Of a stretch of 64,000 bases of DNA, positions 49,537-57,050 are shown piece by piece. This DNA comes from Alphaproteobacteria bacterium (GTDB lineage: Bacteria > Pseudomonadota > Alphaproteobacteria > UBA6615). The stretch's first letter is position 1; every line of letters starts with the position of its first letter. The notes under the pieces are model-generated. The model was not told the origin of the DNA, ran no database searches, and saw nothing but the letters and a program-made list of their open reading frames with translations. The position numbers and the translations under genes are program-made. Where the stretch lies: assembly GCA_038117045.1 (NCBI GenBank), contig JAYOFE010000002.1, positions 242 through 64,241 on the forward strand, read 5' to 3'.

Positions 49537-50199
49537 TTGACCACGTCTCTGCCAACCGCGCCCGCACAAGACTGCCCTCTCTGCCCCCGGCTGGCGGCGT
49601 TCCGGCACGCCAATGCGGAGAAATTCCCGGACTTCCACAACGGGCCGGTGCCCAGCTTCGGAAGCCTGGACTCCCGCCTGCTGATCGTCGGTCTCGCACC
49701 GGGTCTCAAGGGGGCAAACCGCACGGCACGGCCGTTCACGGGCGATTATGCGGGCGACCTCCTCTACCCGACCCTTCAGAAATTCGGTTTTTCGCGCGGA
49801 ACCTACAAGGCGTCACCCGAAGACGGGGTCGAGCTGATCGACTGCCGCATCACCAATGCCGTGCGTTGCGTGCCGCCCCAGAACAAGCCTGTCGGGGCCG
49901 AGGTCAACGCCTGCCGCCCGTTCTTCGCAGAGGAACTGGCGGCCATGCGGAAACTGCGCGTGGTGCTCGCGCTGGGTGGCCTCGCCCACAAGGCAACGCT
50001 GGCCACGCTGGGATACAGGCAGTCCGCGGTCGCATTCGGCCACAACGCGATGCACGAGATCGAAGTGGACGGCCGACCGCTGCTCCTAGCCAACAGCTAC
50101 CATTGCTCGCGCTACAACACGAACACCGGGCGGCTGACGACCCGGATGTTCGAGGATGTCTTCACGGCAGTTCGCGCGCGCCTCGACTCCAGGTCCTGA
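49537..50199 (+). CDS. Uracil-DNA glycosylase superfamily protein (family 4/5-type)
   Basis: 220 aa with a TTG start only. N-terminal Cys pair DCPLCPRL, GLAPGLKGANRTARPFTGD and HCSRYNTNTG motifs. Confidence 0.8.
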   Translation: MTTSLPTAPAQDCPLCPRLAAFRHANAEKFPDFHNGPVPSFGSLDSRLLIVGLAPGLKGANRTARPFTGDYAGDLLYPTLQKFGFSRGTYKASPEDGVELIDCRITNAVRCVPPQNKPVGAEVNACRPFFAEELAAMRKLRVVLALGGLAHKATLATLGYRQSAVAFGHNAMHEIEVDGRPLLLANSYHCSRYNTNTGRLTTRMFEDVFTAVRARLDSRS

Positions 50200-50270
50200 C
50201 AGGCACCGTGCGTTGACCGCATTCCCGGCGGCCCGTAGCTTCGTTACATCTGCAACGAATTCGGATAGCC

Positions 50271-50738
50271 ATGTCTTCGCGCAAACCCGAAGCGGCACCG
50301 CATCTGGACCTCGAACGCTTCCTGCCATACCGGCTATCGGTCCTGACCAACCGTGTCAGCAACGCCATCGCGCGTGACTACAACGCGCGCTTCGGCCTGA
50401 GTGTCGCCGAATGGCGGGCGATGGCCGTGCTCGGCCGGTTCGGCTCGGCGAGCGCGACGGATATATGCGCACGTACCGAAATGGACAAGGTGACCGTCAG
50501 CCGGGCTGCGAAGTCCTTGCTGTCGTGCAAACTCGTCCGCAGCCGGACCGATCCGTGTGACCGGCGCCGGACGATCTACGTCCTGACAGCGGCCGGGCGG
50601 AAAATCCACGACCGGATCGTGCCCGTCGCCCTGTCCCATGAGACGGACCTGCTCGACACCCTCACACCGCGTGAGGGTGAGCAGTTGTCCCGCCTTCTGG
50701 ACAAGCTGCTCCGCCGGACCGGTGCAAACACCGGCTAG
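50271..50738 (+). CDS. MarR-family transcriptional regulator
   Basis: 155 aa. Winged HTH (LSVAEWRAMAVLGRFGSASATDICARTEMDKVTVSRAAKSLLSCKLVRSRTDPCDRRRTIYVLTAAG). Confidence 0.85.
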   Translation: MSSRKPEAAPHLDLERFLPYRLSVLTNRVSNAIARDYNARFGLSVAEWRAMAVLGRFGSASATDICARTEMDKVTVSRAAKSLLSCKLVRSRTDPCDRRRTIYVLTAAGRKIHDRIVPVALSHETDLLDTLTPREGEQLSRLLDKLLRRTGANTG

Positions 50739-51868
50739 ACGAAGAATTCCTTCAAGGGCGAAAAGCCGTTGAAGCCGATCGATGCATAGGTGGTGGTATA
50801 GGCGCCGGCATTGCAGAACACGAGCCGGTCGCCCGGCTTGATCCCGACAGGGATCTCGTAGGTCGCATGTTCGTACAGCACGTCATGGCTGTCGCAGGTG
50901 GGACCGGCCAGCACGGCCGAAGACGTCTCGCCGCTGCCCTCCGGCACCTCGAGCGGATACAGGATCGCCTCGCCCTCGGTTTCCGCGAGGCCGCCATACC
51001 GGCCGACATCCAGATAGACCCAGCGCTGCCAGCCGCCGTAGCTGCGTTCCGTGGACAAAACGACTTCGGTGCAGAGCTTGCCCGCGGTCGCAACGATCGC
51101 GCGGCCCGGCTCGGCCATCACCCGCGGGCGCTTGTCGGGGAAGAAATCGCTGAGGGCGCGATCAATGGCGCCGAACACGGTCGACAATTCGAACCCGGCG
51201 TCGTCCCGGTAGATGACCGGGAATCCGCCACCGAGGTTCACCATCTCGAGTTGGACACCCTCTTCAGCGAGCCGGTTGAAAATCGTGCCGCACCAGCTGA
51301 TGCCTTCGCGCCAGCGGTCAGGCTCGATCTGCTGGCTGCCCACATGGAACGACAACCCGTAGGGCACCAGACCGGCGTCACGCGCCTTGAGCAGCATCTG
51401 CTGCGCTTCATCCGGCGCGCAACCGAACTTGCGCGACAGCGGCCAGCGCGCGCCATCATTCGCCACAACAAGGCGGCAAAACACCTTCGCCCCCGGCGCT
51501 GCTTCCGCGAGCTTTTCGATTTCAGCAGAACTGTCGAAGGCGAACAGTTCCACACCCTGTTCAAAGGCCCACGCGATATCGGCACGTTTCTTGACCGTGT
51601 TGCCGTACGAAATGCGTGCTGCCGGCACGCCCACATCCATGCAGGCCTTGATTTCAGCCGGGCTGGCCGCATCGAAGGATGCACCGAGCTCATTCAGGCG
51701 TTTCAGCACGGGTGCCGCCGGATTGGCCTTCACCGCGTAGAACACCTCTGCCCAGGGTGCATGTGTCGCAAACTTGTCGTGGTTGTGTGTAACTTCATCC
51801 ACGTCGATGACGAGACAGGGCGTCTCCGGCTTTTCGCTGGCCAGAAATGCGTCGATTTTCGCGGTCAT
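50735..51868 (-). CDS. Ornithine/lysine decarboxylase (PLP-dependent, alanine-racemase fold, group IV)
   Basis: 377 aa. PLP-lysine motif FYAVKAN, plus GLSFHVGSQ and GGGF motifs. Confidence 0.87.
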   Translation of the reverse strand: MTAKIDAFLASEKPETPCLVIDVDEVTHNHDKFATHAPWAEVFYAVKANPAAPVLKRLNELGASFDAASPAEIKACMDVGVPAARISYGNTVKKRADIAWAFEQGVELFAFDSSAEIEKLAEAAPGAKVFCRLVVANDGARWPLSRKFGCAPDEAQQMLLKARDAGLVPYGLSFHVGSQQIEPDRWREGISWCGTIFNRLAEEGVQLEMVNLGGGFPVIYRDDAGFELSTVFGAIDRALSDFFPDKRPRVMAEPGRAIVATAGKLCTEVVLSTERSYGGWQRWVYLDVGRYGGLAETEGEAILYPLEVPEGSGETSSAVLAGPTCDSHDVLYEHATYEIPVGIKPGDRLVFCNAGAYTTTYASIGFNGFSPLKEFFV

Positions 51869-51990
51869 GCCCGTTCCTCTGAAAAATGGGTTGCGCCTTA
51901 TAGTCGAAAAAGCCGGGATTGGAAGCGCATTTTACATCACCCCCGCGTCAATCGGGTGACCCGCGCTCGATTGCCCGGAATCGCAGGGCC

Positions 51991-52479
51991 ATGCTAACCG
52001 GCGAGTCTATTGAAACAAGGGAAAGACCTCGCGTGGCGGCACGGCGATCGATCTGGGTCCTGAACGGCCCCAACCTGAATCTCCTCGGTGAGCGGGAACC
52101 CGGTATCTATGGCGGAGAGTCACTGTCCGATATCGAAGTCCGTTGCCGCGAGACGGCTGACAAGGCCGGATTTGATCTTGTTTTCCGGCAGACCAACCAC
52201 GAAGGTGAACTGGTCGGCTGGATCCAGGAAGCCCGCTCGGACGCTGCCGGTGTTGCGATCAATGCCGGTGCCTACACCCACACCTCCGTTGCCGTGCATG
52301 ATGCACTTCGCCTTCTGGACGTACCCATCGTCGAGGTTCACCTGTCCAACGTCTTCGCGCGCGAAGAGTTCCGCCACAAGTCCTTCATCAGTGCCGCCGC
52401 GACCGGAGTCGTTTGCGGCTTCGGCCCCAGGAGCTACGTACTGGCGATCGACGCGCTCGCCGCGCGTGTCGAGCTTTAG
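51991..52479 (+). CDS. aroQ: Type II 3-dehydroquinate dehydratase
   Basis: [28 protein letters not shown] and [12 protein letters not shown] motifs. ATG 51991 gives a slightly long N-terminus, so the true start may be later. Confidence 0.9.
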   Translation: MLTGESIETRERPRVAARRSIWVLNGPNLNLLGEREPGIYGGESLSDIEVRCRETADKAGFDLVFRQTNHEGELVGWIQEARSDAAGVAINAGAYTHTSVAVHDALRLLDVPIVEVHLSNVFAREEFRHKSFISAAATGVVCGFGPRSYVLAIDALAARVEL

Positions 52480-52487
52480 CCGGGCTC

Positions 52488-52937
52488 ATGAGCGATCCCT
52501 TCGATATCGACGCGGAATTCATCCGCAAGCTGGCCGACCTGCTGTCGGAAACCGGGCTTGGCGAGATCGAGTACGAGGACGGCGGCAAGCGTATCCGGGT
52601 CGCACGACCCGGCGTCGCGCCCGCGCCCACTATCGCCGTTACTGCCGCCGCGGCCGAGACGCCGGCCGCTGCCGCCCCCGCATCCGCCGCGGATTCATCC
52701 CATCCCGGTGCCGTCAGTTCCCCGATGGTGGGGACGATCTACCTCGCCCAGACTCCCGGCGACCCGCCGCTGGTCAAGGCAGGCGATACCGTCAGCGAAG
52801 GCCAGACGCTGATGCTGATCGAGGCGATGAAGACCTTCAACGAGGTGAAGGCGCCGCGCGGCGGCAAGGTGGCGAGTATCGCCGTGTCGAACGGGCAGCC
52901 GGTCGAGTACGGCGAACTGCTCGCCATCATCGAATAG
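52488..52937 (+). CDS. accB: Acetyl-CoA carboxylase biotin carboxyl carrier protein
   Basis: 149 aa. Ala/Pro linker and biotinyl-lysine motif LIEAMKTFNEV. Confidence 0.93.
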   Translation: MSDPFDIDAEFIRKLADLLSETGLGEIEYEDGGKRIRVARPGVAPAPTIAVTAAAAETPAAAAPASAADSSHPGAVSSPMVGTIYLAQTPGDPPLVKAGDTVSEGQTLMLIEAMKTFNEVKAPRGGKVASIAVSNGQPVEYGELLAIIE

Positions 52938-52959
52938 CCGGCGCAGAGGCGCGCAGCGC

Positions 52960-54300
52960 ATGTTCGAGAAAGTCCTGATTGCGAACCGGGGCGAAATCGC
53001 ACTGCGCATCCACCGCGCATGTAAGGAGATGGGCATCTCGACCGTCGCGGTGCACTCGACTGCAGACTCTTACGCGATGCATGTGCGCCTCGCCGACGAG
53101 AGCGTGTGCATCGGTCCGCCGCCCGCGAAGGACAGCTACCTCAACATTCCGGCGCTGTTGTCAGCGGCCACGGTGACAGGCGCCGATGCGATCCATCCCG
53201 GCTACGGCTTCCTGTCCGAAAATGCGCGTTTCGCCCGGATTGTCGAGGAACACGGCCTGGCTTTTATCGGCCCCTCCCCGGAATCCATCGCGACCATGGG
53301 GGACAAGGTTGCTGCGAAGGACGCGATGAAGGCTGCCGGGGTCCCGGTGGTACCGGGGTCGGACGGCGCCATCCATACGGCCGCCGATGCCGTGAAGGTT
53401 GCGGACGAGATCGGCTACCCGGTGATCGTCAAGGCGGCGGCGGGAGGCGGCGGACGCGGCATGAAGGTTGTCGAAAGCGCTGCGGGGATTGAGGATGCCT
53501 TCAAGATGGCGCGGACCGAGGCCGGAACGGCCTTCGGCGACGACACGGTCTATATCGAGAAATACCTGTCCCACCCGCGCCACGTTGAGGTGCAGGTCAT
53601 CGCCGACGGACAGGGCAACGCCGTCCACCTGTTCGAGCGTGACTGCTCGCTCCAGCGAAACCACCAGAAGGTTCTGGAAGAAGCCCCCTGCCCGGTGCTC
53701 GATGACGCGGCGCGCAAGCGGATCGGCACGATCTGCGCCGATGCCGCGCGCAAGATGAACTACCGCAGCGCAGGGACCTTCGAGTTCCTGTACGAGGACA
53801 GCGAGTTCTACTTCATCGAGATGAACACCCGCGTGCAGGTGGAGCACCCGATCACCGAGATGATCTGCGATGTCGATATCGTCGCAGAAATGATCCGGAT
53901 CGCCTCGGGCGAGAAGCTGTCGTTCCGCCAGGAGGACATCGTACTTAACGGACACGCCTTCGAGTGCCGGATCAACGCCGAAGACCCTGTCACCTTCACC
54001 CCGTCGCCAGGCCTTGTCTCCGAATACCATGCGCCGGGGGGGCTTGGCGTGCGGGTCGATTCCGCACTCTATGCCGGGTTCAGGATCCCGCCCTATTACG
54101 ACAGCCTTGTGGCAAAGCTCATCGTTCACGGACGCACCCGGGACGAGGCGCGCATGCGCCTGAAGCGCGCGCTCGACGAAATGGCGGTCAGCGGTGTGTC
54201 GACCACGATCCCGCTGCACCAGCGCCTGGTGGATGACCCCTCCTTTGCCGCCGCCGACTATGATATCCATTGGCTGGAACGTTTCGTCGGAACTTCGTAG
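52960..54300 (+). CDS. accC: Acetyl-CoA carboxylase biotin carboxylase subunit
   Basis: 446 aa starting MFEKVLIANRGEIALRI, with an ATP-grasp domain (GGGGRGM). Confidence 0.95.
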   Translation: MFEKVLIANRGEIALRIHRACKEMGISTVAVHSTADSYAMHVRLADESVCIGPPPAKDSYLNIPALLSAATVTGADAIHPGYGFLSENARFARIVEEHGLAFIGPSPESIATMGDKVAAKDAMKAAGVPVVPGSDGAIHTAADAVKVADEIGYPVIVKAAAGGGGRGMKVVESAAGIEDAFKMARTEAGTAFGDDTVYIEKYLSHPRHVEVQVIADGQGNAVHLFERDCSLQRNHQKVLEEAPCPVLDDAARKRIGTICADAARKMNYRSAGTFEFLYEDSEFYFIEMNTRVQVEHPITEMICDVDIVAEMIRIASGEKLSFRQEDIVLNGHAFECRINAEDPVTFTPSPGLVSEYHAPGGLGVRVDSALYAGFRIPPYYDSLVAKLIVHGRTRDEARMRLKRALDEMAVSGVSTTIPLHQRLVDDPSFAAADYDIHWLERFVGTS

Positions 54301-54312
54301 CGGTTTTCACGG

Positions 54313-54963
54313 ATGGCGGGGCTGACGCCACAGTTGCTGCTGGGTGCCTATGCCAGCGGGATATTCCCGATGGCAGAGAGTCGGCACGACCCGGACCTCT
54401 ACTGGATCGACCCGGACATGCGCGGGGTCATCCCGCTCGACCGGTTCCACATCCCCCGCCGCCTCCGCAAGACATTGCGCCAGGGCCCGTTCGAAATCCG
54501 CTGCAACACCGCCTTTATGGAAACGGTGCGCGGCTGCGCCGAACCCCAGGGCGATCGCCCGGAGACCTGGATCAACGACGAGATCCAGCGGCTCTACAAG
54601 GCGCTCTACGACATGGGGTTTGCCCATTCGGTGGAATGCTGGAACGACGGCGAACTCGTCGGCGGTCTCTACGGTGTTTCGCTCGGCGGGGCCTTCTTCG
54701 GGGAAAGCATGTTCTCGCGGGCGACGGACGCCAGCAAGATTGCGCTGTGTCACCTCGCCGCGCGGCTACGCAAGGGCGGCTTCACCCTGCTGGACAGCCA
54801 GTTCCTCACCGAGCACCTGCGCCAGTTCGGGACCGAGGAAATCGATCGTGCGGAGTACAAGGCGCGGCTCGCAGCGGCGCTCAAGCTGAACGTGGACTTT
54901 CAGCCGGAGCTGTCGGACGAGGAACTGGCGGCTTTCATACAGTCCACCACCCAGACGTCGTAG
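54313..54963 (+). CDS. aat: Leucyl/phenylalanyl-tRNA--protein transferase
   Basis: 216 aa. YASGIFPM, WINDEI and GGLYGVSLGGAFFGESMFS motifs. Confidence 0.9.
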   Translation: MAGLTPQLLLGAYASGIFPMAESRHDPDLYWIDPDMRGVIPLDRFHIPRRLRKTLRQGPFEIRCNTAFMETVRGCAEPQGDRPETWINDEIQRLYKALYDMGFAHSVECWNDGELVGGLYGVSLGGAFFGESMFSRATDASKIALCHLAARLRKGGFTLLDSQFLTEHLRQFGTEEIDRAEYKARLAAALKLNVDFQPELSDEELAAFIQSTTQTS

Positions 54964-55334
54964 ACCGGGTGCTCGAGCGCGGAGACGGCCGGGCTCGACG
55001 CGAACATCCATCCTGAGAACAAGAGGCGCGCATCCGCGTTCGAAATCACTTCCTCTATTTCGATGAACGCGGTGCTCTCCGGAGGCTCGGTGGGCGGCGT
55101 CTTGTGGCAGGCGCGAACATGGATGCTTAGCGTGCCGAACGTGACCGCCTGGTTCAGCGGTGCCTCAAAGGTCGAAATCCGCGCAGTGACCTTGTCGAGC
55201 CCCTGCAACACTGCCCCCACTGTCTGCGGCTCCGCGCCAAGCGCGGTCAGGTCTGAATTGGGCTCCTGCGCATGGGCCGCGCCGGCCGTCATGGCACCGA
55301 ATGCCATCAGGAACGCAAATGTCTGAATCCGCAT
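54900..55334 (-). CDS. DUF2155 domain-containing periplasmic protein
   Basis: Trimmed to MRIQTFAFLMAFGAMTAGAAHA (signal peptide). Core LDKVTARISTFEAPLNQAVTFGTLSIHVRACHKTPP...SGWMFASSPAVSALEHPVYDVWVVDC. The 3' end overlaps the aat 3' end by 64 nt. Confidence 0.75.
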   Translation of the reverse strand: MRIQTFAFLMAFGAMTAGAAHAQEPNSDLTALGAEPQTVGAVLQGLDKVTARISTFEAPLNQAVTFGTLSIHVRACHKTPPTEPPESTAFIEIEEVISNADARLLFSGWMFASSPAVSALEHPVYDVWVVDCMKAASSSSDSSG

Positions 55335-55396
55335 TGGCCTCGCCGCTCGGGTGTTTCGCTCAGCAGGTAAACGCAAGCGGGTCCCGCCCGTTCCCG

Positions 55397-55846
55397 TCAC
55401 TTCGCCTCTGTGGCCAGGAAGATGATCTCGGAAACGGTATCCTCCAGCGCCTGGTAGTCGCGTGTCTGGGCAAGTTCCTGGCCGGGTTCGAGCTTCTCTT
55501 CCGCCTTGCCGGGGAACAGGCGCAGGTACTTCCCGCCCAGCAGGCCTTCGGCCGTCACCCCGGCCTCGGTGTCAGCCGGAAGGCGGATATCTTCGCGCAC
55601 GGTGAAGACGACCAGCGCCTCGAAGGTTTGGAGATCGAGCGTCCGCTCCACGACCGTGCCAACTTTCACACCGGAGATCCGCACGTCGCTGCCGCGCTCC
55701 AGTCCGCCGACCTTGAGAAAACGCGCGCTCAGTCGATAACCGTCCTCGCCTCCGATGTCGACGGCGCTCGCCCCGAAAACCACGAAGCCGATCGCCACGA
55801 CCAGGACAATCGCGCCGAGAATGGCTTCAACGGCTCCGCGTTTCAT
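55397..55846 (-). CDS. mlaD: MlaD-like single-MCE-domain protein
   Basis: 149 aa. N-terminal TM, then an MCE core (YRLSARFLKVGGLERGSDVRISGVKVGTVV...AEGLLGGKYLRL). Its ATG overlaps the upstream stop (ATGA). The symbol is family-level only. Confidence 0.8.
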   Translation of the reverse strand: MKRGAVEAILGAIVLVVAIGFVVFGASAVDIGGEDGYRLSARFLKVGGLERGSDVRISGVKVGTVVERTLDLQTFEALVVFTVREDIRLPADTEAGVTAEGLLGGKYLRLFPGKAEEKLEPGQELAQTRDYQALEDTVSEIIFLATEAK

Positions 55847-56328
55847 TTCTCGCTCTCCAGTTCTTCCGCCTCATGGCGGCTGCGAGCCTGTGAAATGATC
55901 AGGCTCAGCAGGTCGTCAATAACAACCGCGTCCTCGGTGTATGCGATAACACCACCATTCTCGATATCCCTATCGCCGCCGCCCACGTCGAGACGGACAA
56001 GCTTTGTACCGAAGATACCGTCGGTCACGATGGCCGCGCTCGCATCCGTGTCGAGAACGACGTCGGACTCGATCTCCAAAGTCGCGCGCACCCGGTACCC
56101 GTCTTCCAGTGCAAGACCCGCCACCTGGCCCACGGTCACACCGGCGGCGCGGACCGGACTGCCGACGGACAAGCCGTCGGACTGCCCGAACGTCGCGCTG
56201 ACCTTGTAGGTGGATTCGCCGGTGAGCGATGCCGGCCCGAACACGACCACGAGCACACTGACCAGGACACCGACAACGGCCAGACCTACACAAACGTCGC
56301 GGATTTCGGTGCGCGCAGCCTTGTTCAT
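55843..56328 (-). CDS. MlaD-like single-MCE-domain protein (second paralogue)
   Basis: Trimmed to MNKAARTEIRDV. One TM, then an MCE core (YKVSATFGQSDGLSVGSPVRAAGVTVGQV...TDGIFGTKLVRL). Confidence 0.78.
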   Translation of the reverse strand: MNKAARTEIRDVCVGLAVVGVLVSVLVVVFGPASLTGESTYKVSATFGQSDGLSVGSPVRAAGVTVGQVAGLALEDGYRVRATLEIESDVVLDTDASAAIVTDGIFGTKLVRLDVGGGDRDIENGGVIAYTEDAVVIDDLLSLIISQARSRHEAEELESEK

Positions 56329-56353
56329 GCTGTGCTGCCGATCTCGGAAATGA

Positions 56354-56707
56354 TTACTGCGGCGTCCACGGTTCGTAGTCACCTGTGCCACGCCGGCGTT
56401 CACCGGACTGCAGAACACTGCCCGGCGGGCGGTAGGCCGCGCGGGTGCCCGTCAGGTTTGGAATATGCTCCTGCTGCCAAGAATGCCGCTGGCTCTCATC
56501 GATCGGCTGGTCGCTGATGTGGTGCAGCCAGGCATGCCACTCCGGCGGAACCTTGCTGGCTTCGGGCCTGCCCTTGTAGACGACCCAGCGCCGTTCCCGG
56601 TTGTACCGGTTTCGCGTGCGGCCCCGGTAATAGCGGTTGCCGTAGTTGTCGGTGCCGACGAGTTCGCCCGACACCATCGTCTTCAGCAAGGTACCCAATG
56701 TCGCCAT
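56354..56707 (-). CDS. NDUFA12-family protein (NADH:ubiquinone oxidoreductase subunit A12-like)
   Basis: Trimmed to MATLGTLLKTM. GTDNYGNRYYR...RWVVYKG...VPPEWHAWLHH matches the NDUFA12/B17.2 family pattern. Confidence 0.8.
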   Translation of the reverse strand: MATLGTLLKTMVSGELVGTDNYGNRYYRGRTRNRYNRERRWVVYKGRPEASKVPPEWHAWLHHISDQPIDESQRHSWQQEHIPNLTGTRAAYRPPGSVLQSGERRRGTGDYEPWTPQ

Positions 56708-56819
56708 TCGCTTGTAAGCCCCTGTTGGCGCTGCATCCGGCCCGGAATATCGCACCGACCGGCGCGTCTGGTCCAGTGCCCAGGCAAACTCGCTCCTGGA
56801 TTCAAATCGGCGTCACAAA

Positions 56820-56835
56820 ACACACGATATGGGCT
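56820..56835. promoter_or_regulatory. Candidate NrdR box 1
   Basis: acacacgatatgggct matches 11 of 16 positions of the NrdR consensus as I recall it (acaCwAtATaTwGtgt). Confidence 0.3.
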
Positions 56836-56850
56836 TAAAAGCGATTGCGA

Positions 56851-56866
56851 ACCCAAAATCTGGTTG
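56851..56866. promoter_or_regulatory. Candidate NrdR box 2
   Basis: acccaaaatctggttg matches 10 of 16 positions. It is 31 bp centre-to-centre from box 1, the spacing typical of tandem NrdR boxes. Confidence 0.3.
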
Positions 56867-57050
56867 CGAAGCAAACATCTAGTGGTTTAGCTTCGAAAAT
56901 TACCGAGATTTGGTGTTTTTTGAGCATTTTTCATGTTCGTGTCATCGACTCGGCGGGGGCCGCGCGATCTGGCACAGGCGAGGTGCCGCGCAGTTACCCT
57001 GGCTCATTTCGTTTTCAGGCGCCACTGGATGCGCCGGTTTTGGGGGTTTC

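Noticed and set aside
50735-50738. The convergent MarR gene and decarboxylase gene share their stop codons within one CTAG palindrome.
   Set aside because: The overlap is real but trivial. It is a 4-nt coincidence of TAG on both strands, and there is no evidence of functional meaning.
51869-51990. The speF-type RNA motif known upstream of alphaproteobacterial ornithine decarboxylase genes.
   Set aside because: The leader is only about 120 nt and shared with the aroQ promoter. I cannot reproduce the motif's conserved structure from memory, so there is no support from sequence alone. It needs an Rfam scan.
56930-57050. Cobalamin riboswitch in the nrdJ leader, suggested by a GCCACTG string at 57020-57026 and by the enzyme being B12-dependent.
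   Set aside because: I could not find the B12 box or the multi-stem architecture. The remaining leader is too short and too simple. B12 riboswitches typically repress B12-independent isozymes, not nrdJ. An Infernal scan would settle it.
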